DNA from: Camelus ferus
Taxonomy: Eukaryota
Reading direction: 5' to 3'
NCBI RefSeq assembly: GCF_009834535.1
Contig: NC_045696.1
Location: 40,178,001-40,242,000, forward strand
Length of the DNA stretch: 64,000 nucleotides
Shown: piece after piece, positions 27,161 to 38,200 of the stretch
Numbering within the stretch: the first letter of the stretch is position 1
Layout of the letters: each line of letters begins with the position of its first letter
Position numbers and translations under genes: made by a program
Notes under the pieces: generated by a model
Told to the model about the DNA's origin: nothing
Seen by the model: only the letters and a program-made list of their open reading frames with translations
The model's database searches: none

Positions 27161-27539
27161 TAAGGAACGCTGATAAAACTTCTTGGCTATTGTCTTTACA
27201 TGTCTGCTATCTGAAATTGACTCAGTAAGCATGTGTTGGGCCAGGGGCAATACAGCTAAAAGTAGGACCTAAGTGGGATATGGGATTTAAAAATTAAGTC
27301 ACTGGAACATGAAGCTCATTTCATATATATCTCACAATCAGTGTTACTTGTGATTCATACCCATCTGTATGGGAGTGTTGAAAAGGACACGCAGATGTAA
27401 TTAATATGTACGTCTTTACCCCCAAGGCAATTACACATACCAATGTTCTTAGGTTCCCCAAACTAAATAAAACCTGATCCTCTCTGTTTTGGCCAGGCCA
27501 AAACACTTGCCTCTGAAAACTGTCAGATTTTTGAGACAC

Positions 27540-27645
27540 CTTGGCTGGATGACCTTGGACAAGGCCTTCATCTCTGTGACCCTTAGTTTCCTCACTATTA
27601 AAATGAGGGTGTCTATTCCATTCTCATAAATTTAACAATTCTGCT
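27540..27645 (+). mobile_element. MIR SINE fragment
   Basis: tgaccttggacaag...cttagtttcctcactattaaaatgaggg. Confidence 0.65.
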
Positions 27646-28659
27646 CTTCTCAGCTCTTACTAGTACATTTTCAAGAGCAAAGAAAAAGGCAATACTCCCT
27701 CTCCTTTTTCAAAAAAATAAGTTTCAGAGTTAAGAAAGAAATCTTGAGAACTCATTCCCTAATATTTTAGGATTTTTATATTGACCTCTTTCTGTAATCC
27801 CTGTATTCTCCCTTTGATCCTTGTGAAGCTTTATAGGTTCTTCAAATGTCTTCCCAGGAAAGAAATTAAGAGTAAACTATTGGACAGAGAGCATGAGGGT
27901 AAAACTGTTGGACACTATCATATATTTGGATTGCTACTGTTTTACTGTCTTCAAAAAGAATAAATTATAAGGAAGCCTTAAAATAAAAGTTCTATATGCA
28001 GTCAACAGCAGTTACATGACAGGCCATGTGATTAAGGCAGCAGAAATTGCCAAATTTCAGAAAAGATCATAGAAATTTCAAAATTAAAAGTGTTTACTGA
28101 GAATACATAGATCCCAATAGACTATCAGGCAAATTCTGAACATTTGGCTTTCTAGGCATTCTAAAGCTTTCAGACAAGTTCTGAAGAAAGTTGTTTAATT
28201 TCCAGTGACATGTAATTCAATTAATAAAAAATAAAACTAAGAATTTAATCAAATAGGAAATTAAGATAAAATTCTGGTATTCTTCAACACAGCTCAAAAT
28301 TATTTTATCAGTTCTAAAGGTAAAACTGCCTAAATTACCAGGATTATGGTAAACAATGTTGTCATGACCTTAAACACTACTGCCAAAGGCAATCCTAAAG
28401 AATCTTTAGACTACGAATGTGAACAATACAAAGACTCAACTTTGGGATGTTGTAGAAAAGTGGTATGCAGAATTGCTGTTAACAATAAAATACTTGGTTT
28501 AAAATTATATCTACATTAAATATAGTGATTTTCCTAGAAACAGCACAATAAACATTTGCATTAAGGGAATGACAGTTAGCTTAGATATGTTCCAATGGCA
28601 TATTACTGAGTTAGAAAGGCTAGAAAAAATACTGTGAAAACATAAGAGTTTGCAATCCC

Positions 28660-28925
28660 AAAGGAGCAATTCATTAAGTTAACCCAGGAGAGTCAAGAAA
28701 GTTTCTACATAACATGACAAATGTTAAATAAATTTTGAAGATGTAGATCCCCAGTAATAGAAGAGGGAAAGGACATTCCAGGAAGAGAGAGTGGCAGGTG
28801 CAGAGGCACCGAGGTATATTCAGAGAAAAAAAGAAAGTTTCATATGATTTCTGGAACATAATGTATATGGACAGTAAGGGGAAACCAGGCAGGAATTTAG
28901 GGTGGGACCATAATGTACTGTGGAG
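28660..28925 (-). mobile_element. L2 fragment
   Basis: gggaaaggacattccaggaagagagagtggcaggtgcagaggcaccgagg. Confidence 0.6.
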
Positions 28926-29220
28926 TCTGAGATATGCTCAAACACCCTGGCTTCTTTAATAACAAGCAACCATGCTGAACTATAGAACCATATGTTTTAT
29001 CACAGCTCATTAATGATCATATGTTATAGAGGAAACTGGAAAATAACTATTAGCTATGGCAATGACTCAAACATTCTTTTTCTATTTTAGTCTTCAGAGC
29101 ACCAGCATGCAAGATGACACTTGAGAATATACTTTCTTTACACCATATTAATATAAGCAGAAGTCCAGCTCTTCCAGCATCTAAAAAACACTGAATTTTG
29201 GATTAAAAACTAATGGGATA

Positions 29221-29269
29221 CATCATAAGTATAAACTGACTATACTTCAATTACAATTTTTTTAAATAA
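29221..29269 (+). mobile_element. Ultra-short (49 nt) young L1 tail with a perfect 16-bp TSD
   Basis: taaactgactatacttcaat is the L1 terminus; aaaaactaatgggata at 29205-29220 and 29270-29285. Confidence 0.85.
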
Positions 29270-30033
29270 AAAAACTAATGGGATAAAAGTGGTTTTGTTA
29301 ATGCTACATCTTGGAGAGTTCTACATTTTCACAGTGGTTAATGGAAGTACATGCATGAACATACATAGATAACACAGTACTAGTGAACCCCAGAGCTCTG
29401 AAGGTTCCAAAGCTCCTGAGCTTCTAAAAACCAAAAAGCAGCTCTGACTTTCTTAGAATCTGCATAGTTTCTCCAAATGTATTTCCCCCTTTCCCTACCT
29501 TACCAGTATATTTACTCTCACACCCTGGTTTTTGCCTAATTCTGCGCATATTCTATTCTCAACATCCTCTTCATCCAGTCTGCCCATTCATATTCTACCC
29601 ATTTCTTCTCCCTCAGTTTAAGCATTACTGAGTATGTATAAAAAGCAAGAAATGTCTTTGATGGCATTTGGAGGTGATAAAACAAGAGGAATCAAACAAA
29701 TATATATTGAACACCTGGAACACACTAATCACTGGGCAGAGTTTTAGATAATTAATTTTATGTAATCCCATGTCAAGAACTATCAGCGCTCTAGACTCTA
29801 GACCCAAACACTTGCCACTTTCCTGTCCACAGATTTGTCTTATGCAGCCCTGATTTCTCCCTCTCCTATCCCTAATATTGTGCTTTCACTAGATTTATTA
29901 GTATCCTTATGTTTCCTTATTTCCTCTGTAACAATTTTTTTCTTCAAACACTTCTTGTCCCTTACTAAAGCAAAACATTCCCCCTAGGAATCTCAAAGCC
30001 CTAAAAAAATATATATATAAAATTAAGGAATAC

Positions 30034-30034
<1 letters not shown>

Positions 30035-30065
<31 letters not shown>
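30035..30065. repeat. Poly-A tract of about 31 nt
   Basis: Read directly. Confidence 0.9.
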
Positions 30066-30066
<1 letters not shown>

Positions 30067-30189
30067 CATCATTGCCATCATTATGAAAGCCTCTTCTGAT
30101 TAGTTTTTTCACCTAACAAAAGGAGAAATTTTCAGGATCATTTTTCTAGTCCTTACCAGGTATTTAGTAGTAAATACTAAGAATTTTTG

Positions 30190-32330
30190 ACAAGACACAG
30201 AAATAAAAGACACCAAATCAGAAAGGAAGAAATAAAATTGTCACTATTTGCATATGATACAATTTTATATATAAAAAAATCCCCAAGACTCAATCAAAAA
30301 ACTGCAGGAACTATTCAGTATAGTTTAAGGATACAAAATCAATATATGGAAATCAACTGCATTTCTATATCCTAATAATGAAACACCTGAAAAGGAAAAT
30401 CAAGAAAACTATCCCATTCACAATAGCATAAAAAAAAAATCCCATAGGAATAAATTAAACCAAGGAAGTGAAAGATCTATAAAATAAAACTACAGAGCTT
30501 TGCAGAAAAAAATTGAAGACAAATAAATGAAAGGAAATTACATGTTCATAAATCATGAGAATTACTATCACTAAAATAACCATACTACCTAAAGCCATCT
30601 ATAGATTCAATGCAATCCCATCAAAATACCAATGGTATTCTTCACAGAAATAGGAAAAACAATCCTAAGATTTGTATGGAACCACAAAAGACCCCAAACA
30701 GCCAAAGCAATCCTAAAGAAAAAGAACAAAACAAGAGGTATCATACTTCCTGATTTCAAACTATACTACAAAGCTGTAATAGTATAAACACTATAGCACT
30801 GGCATAAAACACACACACAAACCACTGGAACATTATAGAGAGCCTAGAATTAAACCCCCTACCCATATACAGTTGATTAATATTCAACAAGGGAGTCAAG
30901 AACACCCAATGGGGAAAGGGTGGTCTCTTCGACAAGTAGTGTTGGGAAAACTGGCTAAATACCTGCAGAACAATGAATTTGGACCCCTATCTTACACTAC
31001 TTACAAAAATTAACTCAAAACAGATCTAAGACTTAAACTTTAAGACCCAATACTATAAAACTCCTAAAAGAAAATGTAGAGAAAGAGCTCCTTGACATTG
31101 GTCTTGGCAATGTTTTTCTTTTTTTTTTTTTCTTTTTTTTTTTTTTGGATATGACACCAAAAGCACAGACAACAAAAGCAAAATCAACACAAATATGTGA
31201 CTATGAAACTTAAAAGCTTCTGCACAGAAAAAGAAACAATTCACAAAATTAAGGCAATCTACAGAATGGGAGAACATTCTTACAAACTGTATACATATCA
31301 GATGAGGGGTTCTTATCTAAAATATACAAAGAACCCACACAACTCAGTAACAGAAACAAACAGATTTTAAAATGGGCAAAGGAACTAAATGGAATCTTTT
31401 TCAAAGATAGCCAAGTAGCCAACAGGCACATGAAAAGATGCTCAACATCACTAATCATCAGGGAAATGCAAATCAAAACCACAATGAGATATCACGTCAC
31501 ACCTATCAGAATGGCTATGATCAAGAAGACAACAGAAAGAGGAGAAAAGTGTACCCTTGTACACTGTTGGTGGGAATGTAAATTGGTTCAATCTCAATGG
31601 GAAAAAATATGGAGGTTTTCTCAAAAAATTAAAAATAGATCTATCATATTATTGAGCAATTTCACTTCTGGGTATATACTCAAAGGAAATGAGAGCAGTA
31701 TTTTGAAGAAATATTGAATATTGCACTCCCATGTTTAGTGCAGTATTGTTCACAATAGCCAAGATACAGAAACAATCGAAATGCTCATCAACAGATGAAT
31801 GAATAAAAAAGATGTTTTATATATATGTGTGTGTGTGTATGAATACTATATTCAGCCATGAGAAAGGAGAACATTCTGCCATTTGCAACAACATGGATGG
31901 ACTTTCAATACATTATGCCAAGTGAAGTAAATCAGAAGGGGAAGACACATACTATATATTACCCATATGTGGAATCTCAAAAAGCCAAACTCATAATAAC
32001 GGAGAGTAAAATGGTAGTTACCAAAGGATGGTGGTGTCGGGGAACAGGACAGATGTTAAGGGTAAAAACTTACAAGTAGTAAATAGGCCCTAGAAAGCTA
32101 ATGCACAGAATATAGATAACGGTAGTATATTGTAATTATCAAACTTATTAAGAGAACAGAACTTAAATATTCCAACCACTAAAAAGAAAGCATAATTACA
32201 TAACATGCTAGAGGTGGTAATTATCACTACAATGGCAATCATATTACTATATATAAATGTATCAAGTTAACATGTTGTACACCTTAAATTTACATAATAT
32301 TATACATCAAATTTTTTCTATTAAGAAAAA
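30190..32330 (+). mobile_element. L1, 2.1 kb: late RT, ORF2 C-terminus and 3' UTR, frameshifted
   Basis: ORFs [38 protein letters not shown] and ILPFATTWMD are L1 ORF2 motifs. Confidence 0.95.
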
Positions 32331-33236
32331 GGAATTCCTCTAAAATTCACTTTCATCAATGCAAAACGACCCTAATTTCTTAGAAGTGATGACTCGGTCA
32401 TTCCTTACTAAATTCAGGAAGATAACACTAAGTATCTAAGAAGCAAGGACACTCAAATCATAATATTACACTCGCAAGGCCAAGACAGTCATTAGTTCAA
32501 GTCTTTCAGACTCCAGCAATTTTTGCTGCTGGGTAAACTGACAAGTCACAGGGATTCATTCAAATTATGAATGAGACCCCAAGATATTAAAACTAATATC
32601 AAAGATCAGCTGGTTAGGGTCAAGGGCTTATTGAATTCAATTTCTGCATTTTGGATGATGAAACTGGGCCATCTTAAACTTCAAAAATGTGGTGAGTTAG
32701 GTCTTTAGAACACAAGTGTTTGTCAGACAAATCGTTTCAAGGACTTGGTTACAATACCCTGCTCAAACCCAGAATCTGCTCTCTAGAGAATTATTAAATT
32801 CTTTTCATTCTAGAGTAACATGAAAGCACATTTCAAAGGAAAAATATGAGTGCTAATAAAATCAGATAACAAATAGTTCTTTGGAGATGCTGGTGTGAAC
32901 CATATAAATCTGCAGTATTTCTGCAACACACTGGCTGGTTGAGATGTCTGGCCTCACTTTGGTCACTGTCAACATGCTCCCTCCACTTTTCTCTCTTCTT
33001 AGGGACTGAAAGATAGCTGTGAGAAAATTTCCATATAAAAACCCCAAACTAGTCAAATATAGAAATTTGACCTAAAATTTATATCAAGTTTGAAGGCTGT
33101 TGGGCAACACAAAAGATCAAGCTGATAAAAGCAAGCACTGGCATAGAAGCAAAAATGAAAAACAAAGACATTTCCACACTCTCCACAGTCTCAAGAAATG
33201 AAAGCAGCTGAAATGAGAACAATCCTCCTTGCTTAC

Positions 33237-33487
33237 CCTTCAGAGACAAAGCGGCAGGAAATTGTGAGATTCCTCCCAGAGCCCCACTTGCGAGGAAGCC
33301 CATTTAGCAAATGGTATGAGTTGTGGGATCTGTTGTTATTGGTTTCCTTCCCTGGGAACACAGCACACTGGGGATTCAGCTGTATCACAAAACAGTCTTC
33401 TGAACCCTCAGACTTGTCAAGTGCAGGCTGAGAACTACTCCTTATGGGTTTGCAAAGGGCCATAACTCTCCTCCTTGGTTCACTCAT
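33237..33487 (-). CDS. Candidate first coding segment (83 codons + 2 nt, MSEPRRRVMALCKP...CRFVSE-G) in exon 33237-33600
   Basis: Acceptor tttcagtttccctag|G at 33601, ATG with A at -3, in-frame stop upstream, ORF open right up to the donor AGG|gtaagc; not in a repeat I recognise; protein not recognised. Confidence 0.45.
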
Positions 33488-33864
33488 TCTTGGCACTATT
33501 GAGTTGCTAGGAGATAGCTTTTGAACCCATCAGTCAAGGTGTTCTGTGTTATAGGCCACCATTAACTAGCCCCATAACATCTGTTCTGTGTTTTTGTTGC
33601 CTAGGGAAACTGAAACCCTCAGAACCAAAATGACAGGCCAGGAATTAAGCCATGGAGAATCTTCAGGGAGAGAAGCACCCACAATACAGCCTCTGTCTTA
33701 CTATTTGCCAAAATCAGGTCATGTTTTTCATTCTTGACAAAGATTCCTCTAAATACCAGGAGGAAGAAAAAGACTCCAAAATAAGGCACTATAACAGAAA
33801 TATGAAAGTAGCAATACCCAAATGTGTTATCTCTTAGGGGAGAAGAATTTTTTAATTATGTACA

Positions 33865-34115
33865 GCATCTAATATTTGTTGAGTGCCCACTAACTGCCAA
33901 GCATTACTCTAAATATTTTACGTGTACTAACTTACTTAATCTCCACAATAACCCACAATAAATCAGTTGGTAGATAATCAGTATCAACTCTATTTTACAG
34001 GTGAGAGAACTGGTATGTCACGTCTGAAGTCTCAGAACTTAAACCAGCAGAGTTGTGACTTAAACCCATGTAGGCTGGCACCAGAAATCAGATTCTTCAC
34101 CATTAGATCCTATCA
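33865..34115 (-). mobile_element. MIR SINE, near full length
   Basis: atttgttgagtgcccactaactgccaagcatt...ctattttacaggtgagagaactgg...ggctggcaccaga. Confidence 0.8.
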
Positions 34116-34476
34116 CCTTTCATGCTTACTAAAGCATAGAAAGCCAAAGAAAGAAAGAAAAATCAAGTTCAGAGGTTTAAACACCTCCTGATTTTTTCAT
34201 ACTAATAACTGCTCCCCCAGGAATCTTTAAACAACCAATTTCTCTTCAGGACTCCATAGATGGGTGCGCAGGTGCACTAAAAAGTTCAGAAGGCATCTTT
34301 GGGTTTCTTCTCTTTCACAGACTCGGCAGTGCTGTGTCACAGCAGGCAGCAACAATGCTCACTGTGCTTCCTAGACTTGTGTGAAAGTGAGGAGGAAGGA
34401 GTTAATCTGCAGCCAGAGCAACTGTTCTCCTGTTAATAAGCTATGTGAGTTAGGAATTGTCTCTTTGGTTCATTGC

Positions 34477-34961
34477 TGTATTAGGGTTCTTCAGAGAAAC
34501 AAAACCAATGGAAGCTGCATATACATTGTATATATTAAAATATGCACATGCATATATATGGAAATTAATTAGAAGGAGTTGACTCACACAATTATGGAAG
34601 CTGAGAAGTCCCACAGTCTGTCTTCTACGAGCTGGAGACCCAGGAAAGTTGGTGGTGTAATTCTAGTACAAGTCCAAAGGCCTGAGAACCAGTGGAGCCA
34701 GTGGTATAAATCCTAATCCAAAGGCAAGAGAAGACTGATATCCCCATCTATCAGCCAGACAGAAAGCGAAAGAAGTGAATTTCTCCTTCCTCCACCTTTT
34801 TGTTCTATCTAGGTCCTCAGCAGATTGGATGATGCCCACTACGTACTGGGAAGGGTTATTCAGCCCTTGATTCAAATGCTAACCTCAGATACTCCAGAAG
34901 TAATGTTTAATCTGGGCATCCTGTGGCACAGCCAAGATGACACATAAAACTAACCATCACA
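34477..34961 (-). mobile_element. MLT2 (ERVL) complete solo LTR inserted in an L2 tail
   Basis: Termini tgtattagggttcttcagagaaac and gacacataaaactaaccatcaca; 5-bp flanks attgc / actgc. Confidence 0.9.
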
Positions 34962-35971
34962 ACTGCCGTATCTCCAGTGCTAATAGAGTGCTTAACATAC
35001 TGCATTCAGTCACTAATTCGGTGAGTAAATTGAGTCCTGTGTGTTTACATATCTCATGGATATTATATATGATTATCTGTGACTATATTTTGCACATAAA
35101 ATTTTATGATGGAGAGGATTATCAGTGATTGTAAGTTCGCAGAAAACATCAACATTACACTTGGTGAAATGCCTAAACAGGAGCAGCCAAGATTGTGAAC
35201 ACTACCTTTTTAAGGAAAGAAGGAGTATCTGCTTAAATCTAACTGAAATAAGTCTGCCATAGATTGTAGATTTAATGGAAAATGGTAAAATATAATATAG
35301 ATTTCTCTTTAAAGCATTTTTAATAAATTAGAGGCCCCAAATAAATTAGAGGCGCTCGTTATAATTTATATCTGCCAACTATTTATTAGAAAGATTTACT
35401 TTGGTAGGTATCATTTTTATGATACCATCTTTACTGCCAACAGAGTCTTGAAAAATATACTCAATTAAATAGGATAATGATTCCTATTGAAGACTGCACC
35501 AAAGTAGTCAAAAATATATCAGTTGTATTTCATCCAGAACAAAAACAGATTAAATTTACCTCATCCCTGGATGTGGTATTTGGCGCAAATCGCATTTTTG
35601 CAGGAGGGTGGAGTCTAAGATCAAAAACACCAGAAATATTATGCATTTAATGAAAGCCAATCTTCTGGCAACTAGGCTAAGCACTGTTCTGTCCTATTTC
35701 TGAGGAATTTTGGTCATATCCCAGATATCAAAGAATATTCTTTATTCTTACAGAACTATAGCCTCAAGAAAGATGGACACTATATTTGCAATAATGCTTC
35801 ATTGAAATGCCATCTATGTTTCTTCATTTGCTGAAATAAAAGTACATATAAATAAACCAAGGAAAAACATTATACATGTAAATCCTTCACTTTAAAAATG
35901 AACACCATAGATGTCCTTCCAGAAAAAAAGAGGGTAATTATACCTGTCAAAACTAGCCAATCATTAATATT

Positions 35972-36125
35972 TTTAGAGCTGAAAGGGGACTTTGGAAATA
36001 ATCTAGTCCCATCTTCTGGTTTTAGAAGTAAAGAGACTGGGGTACTAAAAGGTATGATTATTTATCCATAATCTCACAGCTACTGAAAAACAAAGCTGAG
36101 GTTAACACCCCAGTCTTCCATGCAC
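35972..36125 (-). mobile_element. MIR SINE
   Basis: tttagagctgaaaggggactttgg..atctagtccc..ttttagaagtaaagagactggg. Confidence 0.65.
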
Positions 36126-36777
36126 AGTCCATTTTCCATTTTTCTCTGCTGTCTAGCTACAATGCTGCATTGTCCCACCCTTAGGAGATCTCATTCATTG
36201 GCTTGGTATACCCAGCCCCTGGTTGGGGTTCTGGGACTGCACTAAAGATACAATGCAGTGCCCTGGAAACCTGGGTCTCTCTATAGCTGTTACCAGCACT
36301 ACCACCTGGACCTTAATGAGTGTGTGGATGTTTGGTTTTATTAAAGTTGTGTCATTTATTTGTGATACCCTCAGTCAGAAACACACCATGACCATGTTTA
36401 TTTTGTGCCATTCTATAATAGAAAGAGTTCACCAAGACACTTACCTAAAAGGCATCTTTCAATTAAAATCATTTCAACTTTTTATGTTTTTTTTTCCCCT
36501 GAGTAGCCAAGTTACTGTATTTATCCATTGTCTGAAAGGAAACCTCTCCTAGCACATTCCCCTCCATATACTTTTTCGACATCCTTTCTTCTTTGTAAAT
36601 AATTTTTCATTTAATTCTCATGAAGCTTGTCAAATCAAAATAGAAGCTCGAAATACAAGCGCCAGAGAATCTATAGGTGATGTGAATTTGAGCTTAAAGA
36701 GAAGGAATCATACATGATAGAGTAGAGGAGGGGAGCTGGTCTTTGTAATTATCTGGAATCCCTCTTATTAAATACAA

Positions 36778-36960
36778 TCACTACCATTTACATAATATGC
36801 CAAATCTTGTACTAAGCACTTTATGTGGAATTTCCTCCCTAAATTTTTCACAATATGTAATAAGTTCTAAAGAAGTTCTAAGAGGTAAGTCACACAGGAA
36901 GCAACAGAGCCAAGAGTTGAACCTAAGCTTTGTGAATCCAAGATCAAGGTCTTCATCTCT
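36778..36960 (-). mobile_element. MIR SINE with an internal deletion
   Basis: gtactaagcactttatg...aagtcacacaggaagcaacagagccaagagttgaacc. Confidence 0.65.
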
Positions 36961-37039
36961 CAGAGTAGGTAGGTAGATAGGTAAATTAAAAAAAGAGGGC
37001 ATATTCTATCCTTTGATAAAATTTAATTACCAGGAGCTG

Positions 37040-37335
37040 ATGGGACATTGGAAAACTAAATGATCAATTTCAAATAGGCAATTTCAGAAGAAGTGCAAAT
37101 GACTCTGAACATGAGAAAAGATGCTGAATCTCTCTCTTAATCAAGAAGATGCAAATTTAAGCAACAACGTATCATCTGTTTTTTTTATCCATCACTTTTG
37201 GATGCAGGAGTTAAAAATATTAACAGTATCTGGTTTAAGTGAAGATGCTGGTAAATGGGCTTTTCTCTCACGTGCTATTAATTTTGACTGACACCAGGTA
37301 AGCCTTTTTAGAGGAAATTGACACTTTCCATTTAG
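37040..37335 (+). mobile_element. Old L1 ORF2 3' fragment
   Basis: aataggcaatttcagaagaagtgcaaatgac...gaaaagatgctgaatc...atgcaaatt. Confidence 0.6.
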
Positions 37336-37757
37336 GAGGACATTGACATTTTGCACAGGAAGAAAAAAATTTAAATGAGTATGAAGGACAGTATTTTTTA
37401 AATGTTTAAATTTTCTCTCACATTTTTACTCTATGTAGTTCTGCTATCTTAATCATTTACAACAAGAATATAGTCAGATCATCCTTGTATAATTGAAAAC
37501 ATTTATTTAGACTAAAAGGTAGATCATGAGGATGCACTGCCTCTCATTTGCCATATTCTCTAACCATATCCTGTCTTCTCTTACTCTTGGAAGATTTGGG
37601 AGAGCCAGCTTCCCCTTCTCCTGTCAATCTGGGATGCTGTTATCACAGTTCCCTCATTCTGCCAACACTCAAAAGCCACAGCTGGCCCCTCCATGTGTGT
37701 TCTAAGTTGAAGGAAGTTATGAACCTTGTTACCTTTTCTACCGAAACATAGACTTAC

Positions 37758-37786
37758 CTACAGCAGGCGCCCCTAGCAGTACCCAT
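37758..37786 (-). CDS. Candidate alternative first coding exon, MGTARGACC + phase-2 AG
   Basis: Strong Kozak gaaATGG, donor TAG|gtaagt, locally GC-richer upstream region with several CpGs. Confidence 0.3.
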
Positions 37787-38200
37787 TTCTCTGCTGCTGC
37801 GACAAGGCAGGGTGGGATTTCAGGCATCTGACCTACATGGTGTCCATTCAAGGCCCGGGACCACCACATGCTTCAGGGAAAGGGCCCTGCACCCGCACCA
37901 GCATGCACCTGTGCTGCAGAGCTTGCTCCTTTCCACCTGCTGTGCTCTAGGTTTTGCAAGGACTATTTCTTGCTGCCTAATCTCATTTCCTCTGACTTAA
38001 CCTCTTTCCTGTCAAGTACCTGCTCGCTCCTCCCTTCCTCTGGCACTCAGTACCCTTGACCACCCTGTCTACAGTGTCCGCAAGACTCCTCCTTCTCCCA
38101 CAAGTTTTCTTGGTTACCCCTGCCCTTGAGGTCCTGCACAGCCTGGTATTCCAGACTTTGGGAGTTCAATGACCAGTAAGTTAAACAAAAAACAATGTGG
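37787..38200 (-). promoter_or_regulatory. Candidate alternative promoter / 5' UTR region
   Basis: No repeat recognised, GC-richer than its flanks, several CpGs, two CACCTG E-boxes, directly upstream of the candidate exon; inference only. Confidence 0.2.

Noticed and set aside
30187..32079. Reverse-transcriptase-related ORFs as a host gene or active element
   Set aside because: Fragments of a 5'-truncated, frameshifted L1 ORF2
35407..35590. Hairpin ggtatcat-tttt-atgatacc and an E2F-like TTTGGCGC
   Set aside because: Single short motifs expected by chance in 64 kb
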